This document shows, piece after piece, positions 42,983 through 51,604 of a stretch of 64,000 bases of DNA. The stretch spans positions 224,001 to 288,000 of the forward strand of contig CAVYSW010000003.1 in assembly GCA_963771275.1 (NCBI GenBank). Direction: 5' to 3'. Made by a program: the position numbers and the translations under genes. Under the pieces are notes generated by a model. The model ran no database searches. It was given only the letters and a program-made list of their open reading frames with translations, and had not been told where the DNA came from. The stretch comes from an uncultured Gemmatimonadales bacterium (GTDB lineage: Bacteria; Gemmatimonadota; Gemmatimonadetes; Gemmatimonadales; GWC2-71-9). The stretch's first letter is position 1. Each line of letters begins with the position of its first letter.

Positions 42983-44668
42983 GTGGAGTCGCTCGCCCAC
43001 GTGCTCGGCCCCAAGTGGCGCACGGCGCGCGCCCGGCTGCGGCAGGAGCGCCAGGCCGGTGGGCGTGGCAAGCTCGTGCTGCTGGCGGTCGTCGGCCTGG
43101 CGTTTTGGCTCGCCGTGTTCGGCGTGCTCTACCGCGTGCTGGCCTACTTTCGGGGGGTCGCGGAGATCGGCCCGCTGCTGGCCGGCAAGCTGCTGGGCCT
43201 CGTGCTCCTCTCGTTTCTCTCGATTTTGCTGCTGTCCAACCTGATCACGGCCCTCTCGTCGTTCTTCCTGGCCAAGGACCTGGACCTCCTGGTGTCCGCC
43301 CCGGTGGACAGGGTGCACTTGTACCTCGCCAAGCTGGGCGAGACCCTGGTGCACAGCTCGTGGATGGTGGCCCTCATGAGCGTGCCGATCTTCGCGGCGT
43401 ATGGCGTGGTCTACGGCGGCGGCTGGGCGTTCGTCCCCCTGGTCGTGGCGGTGTTCCTGCCGCTGGTGGTGGTGCCTGCGGTGATCGGGAGCGCCACGAC
43501 GCTAGTGCTGGTGAACGTGTTCCCCGCCCGCCGCACGCGCGACCTGCTGTCCGTCGTCACGATCGCGGCGGCGGGACTCCTGATCCTGATGTTCCGCGTC
43601 ATGCGGCCGGAGCAGCTCGCCCGGCCGGAGGGCTTCCGCAACCTGCTCGATTTCATCACCGTGCTGCGCACGCCCACCACGCCGTTCCTGCCGAGCGAGT
43701 GGGCCACCGAGACGGTGATGAGCTATCTCGTGGGGCCGTTCGACTGGCTGGGACTGGCGCTGCTGTGGTCCACCGCGGGCGTGCTGGTCGTGGGCGGCGC
43801 CGCCCTGCACGGGCGCCTCTATCCGATCGGCTACACCAAGGCGCAGGAAGGCGCCGAGCGGTTCGTCCACGGCTGGGTCTGGCAGACCCTGCTCGCGCCG
43901 CTGGGGACCGTGTTCTCCGTGGCGAAGCGCGAGTTCATCGTGAAGGACATCAAGCTGTTCTTCCGCGACACCACGCAGTGGAGCCAGCTGATCCTCTTGG
44001 GCGTGCTGGTGGTGATCTACCTGTTCAACATCCGCGCGCTGCCGCTGTTCTCGGGCGAGCAGGTCCCATTCTACTTCATGAGCCTCGTGGCGTTCCTCAA
44101 CCTGGGCCTTGCGGGGTTCGTGCTCGCGTCGATCGCGGCACGGTTCATCTTTCCCATGGTCTCGCTCGAAGGGCGCCAGATGTGGCTGCTGCGGTCCAGC
44201 CCGCTCGATCTGCGGGCGTTGCTCTGGTCGAAGTACTGGACCGGCACCGTGCCGCTCCTGGCGCTGGCGCTCGTCATCACGGCGTTCACGAACCTGCTGC
44301 TCAAGACGACGCCGTTCATGATGGCGGTGGCGGTGGGCACGATCATTCTGCTCACACTGGCGATCGGGGCGCTCGCCCTGGGATTCGGCGCCGTGTACCC
44401 GCAGTTCGAGACGGAGAACGCGGCCCAGATCCCCACGTCGTTCGGCGGGCTCGTCTTCATGATGAGCACGATCGTCCTGCTCGCCGCGGTGATCGTGGTG
44501 GAGGCAGTACCGGTCTACCAGTATCTGCAGGCGGTGTACCGGCGGGAGCCCGTCGTGCTGGACTGGCGGATGTATGCGGCGTTCGGGGCGGTCGTCGGGA
44601 TCTGCACCGCCGCGACGGTCGTCCCGCTGCGCGTGGGGCTCAGACGGATGGAGCAGTTCGAGTTCTAG
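42983..44668 (+). CDS. Putative ABC exporter permease (~12 TM)
   Basis: Highly hydrophobic with two-half architecture; follows the ABC ATPase. Confidence 0.8.
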   Translation: MESLAHVLGPKWRTARARLRQERQAGGRGKLVLLAVVGLAFWLAVFGVLYRVLAYFRGVAEIGPLLAGKLLGLVLLSFLSILLLSNLITALSSFFLAKDLDLLVSAPVDRVHLYLAKLGETLVHSSWMVALMSVPIFAAYGVVYGGGWAFVPLVVAVFLPLVVVPAVIGSATTLVLVNVFPARRTRDLLSVVTIAAAGLLILMFRVMRPEQLARPEGFRNLLDFITVLRTPTTPFLPSEWATETVMSYLVGPFDWLGLALLWSTAGVLVVGGAALHGRLYPIGYTKAQEGAERFVHGWVWQTLLAPLGTVFSVAKREFIVKDIKLFFRDTTQWSQLILLGVLVVIYLFNIRALPLFSGEQVPFYFMSLVAFLNLGLAGFVLASIAARFIFPMVSLEGRQMWLLRSSPLDLRALLWSKYWTGTVPLLALALVITAFTNLLLKTTPFMMAVAVGTIILLTLAIGALALGFGAVYPQFETENAAQIPTSFGGLVFMMSTIVLLAAVIVVEAVPVYQYLQAVYRREPVVLDWRMYAAFGAVVGICTAATVVPLRVGLRRMEQFEF

Positions 44669-44767
44669 TCGATAGCCGATAGCCGATGGCCGATGGCCGT
44701 TGCGGAACGGCGGTGGGACGGCGCATCCGTCGCCCACCGCCGCTGTCGTTGGCCACCGGCTATCGAC
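44668..44767. repeat. Heptamer tandem repeat plus nested inverted repeats between convergent genes
   Basis: (GATRGCC)x4 at 44671-44698; GTCGATAGCCG/CGGCTATCGAC outer arms; CGGCGGTGGG/CCCACCGCCG inner stem. Confidence 0.7.
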
Positions 44768-44779
44768 CAACGCCAACCC

Positions 44780-45703
44780 CTACTCGATGCGGTAGGGAAT
44801 CGCCCAGACGTTGGCCCGGTAGTCGTCCTCGCTGTCCGTGTTGAACGTCTGCGAGTCGATCGCGTCCACCGTGATCCGCTCTCTCCCGGTGAACCGGGCC
44901 GTCCACTCGCGCACGAACACCCCGGCCTCGGTCTCCCGCATCGGCACGCGCACCCAGCCTCGGGCATCCGGACCGGCATGGTAGAGGTGCAGCAAGACGA
45001 ACGTCGCGGGCTCGTTGCCCGTGCCCGTCGTGTTGTCGACCGTCGCCGCGACCCGCACCACGTCACCGACGTGCAGCCGCGGGACCCGGTCGTTCACGTC
45101 GAACAACTCGGTCGGGTTCTCGACGACGAAGGCGAGCGTGCCGTTCACCCAGACGCCGACGCGGGTGAGGCGCACCGTCCGCTTCGCCTCGTCCGTCATC
45201 CTCCACTGATGCGGGCTCAGGGCCGCGAGGTGCCAGCGGCGCCCTGTGCCGTCCGGGTCCCCACGGACCAGCAGGGCGTGCTGCACGGCCTCCTCCTGCA
45301 GCGGTTTCGCCGTGGGGTTCCGCACGCCGTCGTCGGTCCGATCGAGCACGAACGTCCCGTCGAATCGCATGACGGCCCGGACGCGCGCGGTGTCGTTGGC
45401 CACGTCGACGCTCACCCGGCGTCCGATCGGCGGTCCAGGCTGCCGCCCCCAGGCCCGCACGAGCGGGACCGAGTCCGCCGCGCTCGGCGCGAGCCCGAGG
45501 TCGAAGCCGGCGGTGGCGCTCAGGGGGGCATTGTCGATCGCCCCATCGAGCCCGAAGTCGTCCGCAAACCAGCCGGACTGGTCGAGCGCGGTGAGGACTT
45601 CGCTGCGATCCTGCGGGTCGGCGTTGCCCGGGGCGGTGGCGTCACTGCACGCCGCCGCGGCCAGGGCCGCCACACATCCTATGGCGAAGGGTAGTCGCTG
45701 CAT
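44780..45703 (-). CDS. Hypothetical lipoprotein (beta-rich)
   Basis: Signal peptide ending LAAAAC-S (lipobox-like); GGAG RBS. Confidence 0.7.
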   Translation of the reverse strand: MQRLPFAIGCVAALAAAACSDATAPGNADPQDRSEVLTALDQSGWFADDFGLDGAIDNAPLSATAGFDLGLAPSAADSVPLVRAWGRQPGPPIGRRVSVDVANDTARVRAVMRFDGTFVLDRTDDGVRNPTAKPLQEEAVQHALLVRGDPDGTGRRWHLAALSPHQWRMTDEAKRTVRLTRVGVWVNGTLAFVVENPTELFDVNDRVPRLHVGDVVRVAATVDNTTGTGNEPATFVLLHLYHAGPDARGWVRVPMRETEAGVFVREWTARFTGRERITVDAIDSQTFNTDSEDDYRANVWAIPYRIE

Positions 45704-45797
45704 GATATCGCTCCCGGTCGAATGGGCTGGAGGGATAGGCTCCCGCGTTCGACCGTGAGACGTGCCGCCCGGCGCGGCGTTAAGCCGGTGAGCTAGA

Positions 45798-46241
45798 TCA
45801 CACCCCGAGGGGCCGGCCGCATTCGGAGCAGAACGCGGCCCCGGTCTCGGGTCGCGGCCCGCAGACGGGGCAGACGGACGCCTGGTTACGGGCCGCCAGG
45901 ATCAGGGCCTCCGCGGGATCGTCCGTGGCCTCGGCGGCGGCGACCGCGGTGGTTGCGGTGTCTTCGGCCTCGATCGCGGCCAGCGCCCGCTTCGCGTAGC
46001 GGGCCTTGAGGTGCTCGTAATCGTCGTCCGAGAGCTTGCCGGTCGCGCGGTCGAACTCGATCTCCTTGAGCGCCAGCAGGGCTTGCACCTTGGGGGACTC
46101 GGATTCCTCGAGCGGTGCAAAGTCCTCGTCGGCGTCGTCGTCGGCACCGGCCGGCGCGTCGGCGCGATTGCGGATGAGCGGCTCGAGCACGAGCGCGAGC
46201 GCGGCGAGCGCGACGGCGACGCCGGCAATCAGTTCCAGCAT
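45798..46241 (-). CDS. CcmI-like membrane protein with C-terminal zinc ribbon
   Basis: TM helix; LKEIEFDRATGKLSDDDYE..K; CPVC..FCSECG; last gene of the ccm operon. Confidence 0.7.
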   Translation of the reverse strand: MLELIAGVAVALAALALVLEPLIRNRADAPAGADDDADEDFAPLEESESPKVQALLALKEIEFDRATGKLSDDDYEHLKARYAKRALAAIEAEDTATTAVAAAEATDDPAEALILAARNQASVCPVCGPRPETGAAFCSECGRPLGV

Positions 46242-46242
46242 G

Positions 46243-46824
46243 TCAGCTCTCCAGGCGATCCAGCTCCGCCTTGAGGCGCGCGGCCTCGTCCGGTGAGAGC
46301 CCCACGCGCTCGGGCCCGGGCGCTGTGGCCGCGACGGTCGCCACGCGGGCGCGGCGGATCAGCACCGTGCCGATGACGACGCCCACGATCGTGATCACCA
46401 CGCCCGGCAGCAGGTACGCCGCCCAGTTGAACCCCTGCTTGGGCGGGGCCATCAACGCCGTCTCGCCGTACTTCGCCACGAAGGCGGCAATGACCTCGTC
46501 GGCGCTCTTGCCCTGCTGCACCAGTCCGACGATCTCGTGATGCAGGGCGGGCGAGTAGGTGCACGTAAAATCGGTCGTGCGGCACGTGTAGATGTCGAGG
46601 TTGCAGCCGCAGGTACAGCGCAGGCGCCGCTCGACCCCGATGATGAACGGATCGTTCTCGTAGTCGGTGATCGCGCCGCGCGGTCGCCCCGCCAGGTCGG
46701 GCTGCCACAGGCGGGCCGCCGCGGTGTCCCGCGTGGTGTCCTGCGGCGACTGCAGGCCCGCCACCGGTGCGAGGCCGAGCACGGCCGTCTGCCGCAGGAA
46801 CGCGCGCCGCCCCAACGCCTTCAC
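46243..46824 (-). CDS. ccmH: Cytochrome c biogenesis protein CcmH/CcmL-like
   Basis: LRCTCGC; GKSADEVIAAFVAKYG..LMAP..GFNW; C-terminal TM; GTG overlaps the ccmF stop. Confidence 0.8.
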   Translation of the reverse strand: MKALGRRAFLRQTAVLGLAPVAGLQSPQDTTRDTAAARLWQPDLAGRPRGAITDYENDPFIIGVERRLRCTCGCNLDIYTCRTTDFTCTYSPALHHEIVGLVQQGKSADEVIAAFVAKYGETALMAPPKQGFNWAAYLLPGVVITIVGVVIGTVLIRRARVATVAATAPGPERVGLSPDEAARLKAELDRLES

Positions 46825-48857
46825 GCGTCCACCGCCTCTCCCGCCAGCGACACCTGGTAGCCTTCCACCGCGCGGCGCCGGGCGGTCTCCGACGGCCCGC
46901 CACCGGGCCACAGCGTCACGACGCCACCGAACACGAGGATGGCCCCGCCGATCCAGACCCAGATGACGAGCGGGTTGATCGTGAACTTGTAGACGGCCTC
47001 CTCGGTGCCGTTGACCGCCCCGGCGAACACGATGTACAGGTCCTCGCGCGCCGACGAGCGGATCGCCGCCTCGGTGGACGGCTCGAACGTCTGGCGGCCG
47101 AACGAATCCACGTACTGGCGCTTCTCGCTCGTCATCACGCCCAGGCGCTTGCCGTCCTGGGTCACTTCCACGCTCGCCGCCGACACGAAGCGGTTGAGCG
47201 CCTCGTACTGCGACACGCCGATGTGCGTGAACGTGAGGGTGTTGCCGTACGGCGACCGCATCGTCACCGACTCACCCGGCTTGAGCGACGCCTCCTGCTC
47301 CTTCTTGAAGGCCAGGCCGGTGAAGGCGACGAAATACACCACGATGCCGAGGTGCACGATGTAGCCGCCGTACCGGCGCCGGTTGCGGCCGACGAGCCGC
47401 GCGAACGCGAGCGCGTAGTGCTCGCCGTGCAACCGGTGCCGGGCGCCCACGCCGCGCACGAACTCCTGCAGGATGGTCCCCACGACGAACGCGGCAAGCG
47501 TGATCGCCACGCCGGCAGAGAAGTTCGAGAGACGGAGCGCGATCAGCGTGGCCGCCATCGCCACCGCGGCGAGGCCCGGCACCACGAACTGGCGTCGCAG
47601 ATTGCGCGGGCTCGCCTTGCGCCACGCGATCAGCGGGCCAATGCCGGTGAGCGCCAACAGGGCGAGCCCGAGCGGCACGTTCACCTGATTGAAGAACGGC
47701 GGTCCCACCGTGACCTTCGTGCCGCGGACCGCCTCCGAGAGGATCGGGAACAGCGTCCCCCACAGCACCGAGAACGCGACCCCAACGAGGATCAGGTTGT
47801 TGAAGAAGAAGCTCGCCTCACGCGACAGCGCGCTCTCCAGCCTGGTCTCGGTGCGCAGCAGATCCCAGCGCGACCAGGTGAGCCAGCCCATGAAGCAGCC
47901 GCCGAGCACCAGGAAGCCGAGGAAGAAGTAGCCCACGTTCGACTGCGTGAACGAGTGGACGCTCGAAATGATGCCGCTCCGCGTGATGAACGTCCCGAGA
48001 ATGGACAGCATGAAGCTGATGCCGATCAGGACGATGTTCCAGCGCTTCAGCATGCCGCGCTTTTCCTGGATCATCACGGAATGGAGGAACGCCGTCATCG
48101 TGAGCCACGGCAAGAGGCTGGCGTTCTCCACCGGGTCCCACGCCCAGTAGCCGCCCCAGCCCAGCTCGACGTACGCCCACCACATCCCGAGCGTGATCCC
48201 CGCCGAGAGGAACACCCAGGACAACAGCGTCCACTTGCGGATCGCGTGGAGCCAGCCGATGTCGAGCCGCCGGGTCAGCAGCGCCGCGACCGAGAAGGCG
48301 TACGGGATGGCGATCGAGATGTAGCCGAGATAGAGCATCGGCGGATGGATCACCATCCCCGGGTTCTGGAGCTGCGGGTTCAGCCCACGCCCGTCCATCG
48401 GCGTATAGGCCAGCCGCGTGAACGGGTTGGCCGCGAACACCGAGACGGACACGAAGAAGGCCGCGATGACGCACGTGACCGCCGCGACGTACGGCATCAG
48501 ATACGCATACCGCCGCGGCGTGAGCAGCTGGGCCGCGGACGCGAACACGCTCAGCACCAGTGCCCAGAACAGGAGGCTCCCCGACTGCCCGCCGTAGAAC
48601 GCCGACAGCTTGTAGGCGAGCGGCAGGTTGCGGCTGCTGTAGCTCGCGACATAGGAGACGTTGAAGTCGTCCTTGAGGAGGGCCACCACGAGCGCCAGGG
48701 CCGCGACGGCGATGACCCCCGTCAGGGCGTAGACCGTGCGCCGGGCGCTGCGGATCAGCACGGGATCACCGCGGCGCCCGCCAACGATGCCGACCACCGC
48801 CCCCCATACGCCGAGGAGCAACGCCAGCCACAACGCGAGTTGTCCGAGAATGGTCAT
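46821..48857 (-). CDS. ccmF: Heme lyase CcmF
   Basis: IHPPMLYLGY, WGGYWAWDPVENAS, SVHSF; ATG 48857. Confidence 0.96.
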   Translation of the reverse strand: MTILGQLALWLALLLGVWGAVVGIVGGRRGDPVLIRSARRTVYALTGVIAVAALALVVALLKDDFNVSYVASYSSRNLPLAYKLSAFYGGQSGSLLFWALVLSVFASAAQLLTPRRYAYLMPYVAAVTCVIAAFFVSVSVFAANPFTRLAYTPMDGRGLNPQLQNPGMVIHPPMLYLGYISIAIPYAFSVAALLTRRLDIGWLHAIRKWTLLSWVFLSAGITLGMWWAYVELGWGGYWAWDPVENASLLPWLTMTAFLHSVMIQEKRGMLKRWNIVLIGISFMLSILGTFITRSGIISSVHSFTQSNVGYFFLGFLVLGGCFMGWLTWSRWDLLRTETRLESALSREASFFFNNLILVGVAFSVLWGTLFPILSEAVRGTKVTVGPPFFNQVNVPLGLALLALTGIGPLIAWRKASPRNLRRQFVVPGLAAVAMAATLIALRLSNFSAGVAITLAAFVVGTILQEFVRGVGARHRLHGEHYALAFARLVGRNRRRYGGYIVHLGIVVYFVAFTGLAFKKEQEASLKPGESVTMRSPYGNTLTFTHIGVSQYEALNRFVSAASVEVTQDGKRLGVMTSEKRQYVDSFGRQTFEPSTEAAIRSSAREDLYIVFAGAVNGTEEAVYKFTINPLVIWVWIGGAILVFGGVVTLWPGGGPSETARRRAVEGYQVSLAGEAVDA

Positions 48858-48861
48858 GGGA

Positions 48862-49266
48862 TCAGGCCTTCGGGACGGCCTCGTAGCGCGACCCGCACTT
48901 CGCGAGCAACGTGGTGGCGCGGAAGGTGCCGTCCGGCTGCAGGCGACCCTCCACCACAACCTCCACATCATCCGTGAACGTGTCGGGCGCCAGGCCGCGG
49001 TAGACGACCGGGTAGGTCACCTGGCCATCGGTGACATTGAAGCTGATCGTCTGCGTGGCGACGTCCCGCGCAATGGAGCCCGTCACGACCTTGGCGCCCA
49101 TCTTGACGCCCACGTCGTGGAACCCCGGGTCGGCCGCCACCTTGGCGGCAAGCTCCGAGGGGGTCAGGAAGTAGACCCCGGTTTCCTTGATGCCGGACGC
49201 CATCAGAAACCCCACGGTCCCCACCACCAGCACACCTGCCATCAGGACTTTCGTCGACGCGCGCAT
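48862..49266 (-). CDS. ccmE: Heme chaperone CcmE (CxxxY variant)
   Basis: VVYRGLAPDTF, VVVEG, LLAKCGSRY. Confidence 0.92.
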   Translation of the reverse strand: MRASTKVLMAGVLVVGTVGFLMASGIKETGVYFLTPSELAAKVAADPGFHDVGVKMGAKVVTGSIARDVATQTISFNVTDGQVTYPVVYRGLAPDTFTDDVEVVVEGRLQPDGTFRATTLLAKCGSRYEAVPKA

Positions 49267-49302
49267 GGCTCTCCCAACGCCCCATGATGAGAGTACGACA
49301 CG

Positions 49303-49362
49303 AATATAGACTACCGCGGGAGCGGGGAAAAGTTCATCGGGAGTTCATAAAGAAGGTTTCAT
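49303..49362 (-). promoter_or_regulatory. Putative activator-dependent ccm promoter
   Basis: -10 TATATT with weak -35; AGTTCAT direct repeats at 49331 and 49342 (11-bp period). Confidence 0.4.
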
Positions 49363-49620
49363 CCGGTCGCCCTAGCACCGGACACTGCCGGTGGACCGGC
49401 GGACGAGCCGGCCAGGCACGCCGCCCCCTCCTTTGCCGTATCCGACTACGCCGGGCTGACTTGCGTGGCCTTGACCGACCTGGCGACCGCGACTGGTTCA
49501 CACGCCATTAATCCTTTCTTAAGCGTGGGCCGCCTAGCGTATGACCACTGACTCTTGGGGGGCCCGCCATGGACCCGCCACCCTTGGGGTTTTCGTCCGG
49601 TCAGGCATTCGAGGTGACCC

Positions 49621-49971
49621 GTGCGGACGCTGTTCATCCTGAACGACCCGCCCTACGGCAGCGAGCGGTGTTACAACGCGCTTCGCCTTGCCGCGTCGCT
49701 CGCGACGCGTGAGGGGGAGCAGGTGTGGGTCTACCTCATGGGGGACGCGGGGTCGGGCGCCAAGGCCGGGCAGGAGGTGCCCCGGGGCTACTACAACATC
49801 GAGGCGATGCTCCGGCTGATCCTGTCGTACGGCGGCACCGTGGGGGCCTGCGGCACGTGCCTCGAGGCCCGCGGCCTGGCCGACAGCGAGTTGATCGACG
49901 GGGTCCAGAAGTGCACGCTCCAGGTCCTGACCGACTGGGTGCAGGAGGCGGACCGCGTCCTGCCGTTCTGA
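49621..49971 (+). CDS. DsrE/YchN-family sulfur-relay protein
   Basis: PPYGSERCYNALRLA, YLMGDA, CGTCLEARG, LTDW..ADRVL. Confidence 0.88.
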   Translation: MRTLFILNDPPYGSERCYNALRLAASLATREGEQVWVYLMGDAGSGAKAGQEVPRGYYNIEAMLRLILSYGGTVGACGTCLEARGLADSELIDGVQKCTLQVLTDWVQEADRVLPF

Positions 49972-50010
49972 GGCGCGGCGCCCCCACAGGGCGCCGCCGC
50001 CGCAGCCCGC

Positions 50011-51108
50011 CTACTTGGTGGGGTTCGCCGTGTACCCGAGGTACGTGAGCACGAGCATGTAGGCGATGATCGCGACCGCGATCCCGGTAAACAGCCGGCT
50101 CGGCCGGCCGCGCGCCGTCCGGCGATCGACAAACGGCACCAGCAGCAGGAACACGGCGGCGAGCCCGAAGCCCATGATGCCCACCGCCTCGCCCTCGAAG
50201 AACAGAATGTGCGCCGGCAGGTACTTCAACGTCTGGAACATGAACATGAAGTACCACTCCGGCCTGATCCCCGCGGGGGCCGACGCGAACGGATCGGCTT
50301 TGGTGCCCAGCTCCGCCGGCAGATAGGCCGCGAGCGCCGCCAGGATCGCCAGCGCGGTCAGCCACCCGACGAGATCCCGCAACAGGAAATTCGGGAAGAA
50401 CGGCATCACCCGCTTCGGGCCGCCCTCCTGCTGCACGCGCGGCGGCACGCTCATGCCGTGCTTCTGGACGAGGTAGAGGTGCAGGCCGACCAGCACGAGG
50501 GTCGTCGCGGGAAGCAGCGCCACATGGATCGCGTAGAACCGCGTCAGCGTGGCCCCGGTGACGTCGTCTCCTCCGCGCAGCACCCGGAGCAGGAACTCCC
50601 CGACCACCGGGACGACGCCGATGATCTGGGTCCCGACCCGCGTGGCGAAGTAGGCCAGCTCGTTCCACGGGAGCAGGTATCCCGTGAACCCGAAGGTCAT
50701 GGCGAGCCCGAGCAGGGCCACCCCGGACATCCAGGTCAGCTCCCGCGGCTTGGCGTACGACCGCAGCAAGAGCACGCTGAACAGATGCAGGAACAGCGTG
50801 AAGATCAGCAGGTTGGCGGCCCAGGCGTGAATCGACCGAATGAGCCAGCCGAACGGGACCTCGGCCATGAGAAACTGGACCGACTCGTAGGCCCCTTCCG
50901 CACTCGGCCGGTAGTAGATCAGCAGCAGCGCACCCGTGGACAGCTGGACGATGAACAGAAACAGCGTCATGCCGCCCAGGTAGTACCAGATGGTGTGCCG
51001 GTGGATCGGCACGTCCTTCTTCTTTGCCAGCGCGCCGACCGCCGCCAGCCCCAGCCGCTCGTCAAGCCAGGTCCAGACAGCCATCCAGGCACCGCGGAGT
51101 CGCGTCAT
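50011..51108 (-). CDS. Cytochrome b of a Rieske/cytochrome b complex
   Basis: [39 protein letters not shown]. Confidence 0.93.
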   Translation of the reverse strand: MTRLRGAWMAVWTWLDERLGLAAVGALAKKKDVPIHRHTIWYYLGGMTLFLFIVQLSTGALLLIYYRPSAEGAYESVQFLMAEVPFGWLIRSIHAWAANLLIFTLFLHLFSVLLLRSYAKPRELTWMSGVALLGLAMTFGFTGYLLPWNELAYFATRVGTQIIGVVPVVGEFLLRVLRGGDDVTGATLTRFYAIHVALLPATTLVLVGLHLYLVQKHGMSVPPRVQQEGGPKRVMPFFPNFLLRDLVGWLTALAILAALAAYLPAELGTKADPFASAPAGIRPEWYFMFMFQTLKYLPAHILFFEGEAVGIMGFGLAAVFLLLVPFVDRRTARGRPSRLFTGIAVAIIAYMLVLTYLGYTANPTK

Positions 51109-51110
51109 CG

Positions 51111-51566
51111 TCAACTCCCCTTGCTCACGACGATCTCGTCACCCCGCACATTCACGGTGAAGGCCTCGAGCGGCTTCGGGGGCGGGCCCGCGACATTCGT
51201 CCCGTTGAGATCGAAGTGGCCGTTGTGACAGGCACACCACAGCTGCTGCAGATCGGGTCGGTACTGCACGATGCACCCGAGATGGGTGCAGGTCGCGGAA
51301 AACGCCCGCAGGTCTCCGGTGGGGGTTCGCACGATGATCCCGGGGCGGTTGCCGAACTTGAAGATCCTGCCCGTGTCGGGCGCCAGGTCGTCGGGCTTGA
51401 TCGGGAGCGTCACGCTGGATGCCGCCGACTCGCCGCTGCGCGGCGGGACGAGGTAGCGTCCGGCCGGGTACACGATCGCGAGCAGCAGCCCGCCGACGCT
51501 CGTGCCAAGCAGCCAGTTGACGAACCGCCTGCGGGGCGGTGCGGGGGCCTGCGACGACTGAGCCAT
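51111..51566 (-). CDS. Rieske 2Fe-2S protein
   Basis: ATG 51566; Tat-like RRRF followed by TM; CTHLGC and CACH boxes; GPPPKPL. Confidence 0.93.
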   Translation of the reverse strand: MAQSSQAPAPPRRRFVNWLLGTSVGGLLLAIVYPAGRYLVPPRSGESAASSVTLPIKPDDLAPDTGRIFKFGNRPGIIVRTPTGDLRAFSATCTHLGCIVQYRPDLQQLWCACHNGHFDLNGTNVAGPPPKPLEAFTVNVRGDEIVVSKGS

Positions 51567-51604
51567 GCCTGCTTCCTCCTGGGGCGTGCCCCGGTCCGGA
51601 CGGG

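Noticed and set aside
42223..44668. ABC pair as CcmA/CcmB
   Set aside because: The permease is 561 aa, far larger than CcmB, lies on the opposite strand from ccm and is coupled to the transglutaminase gene.
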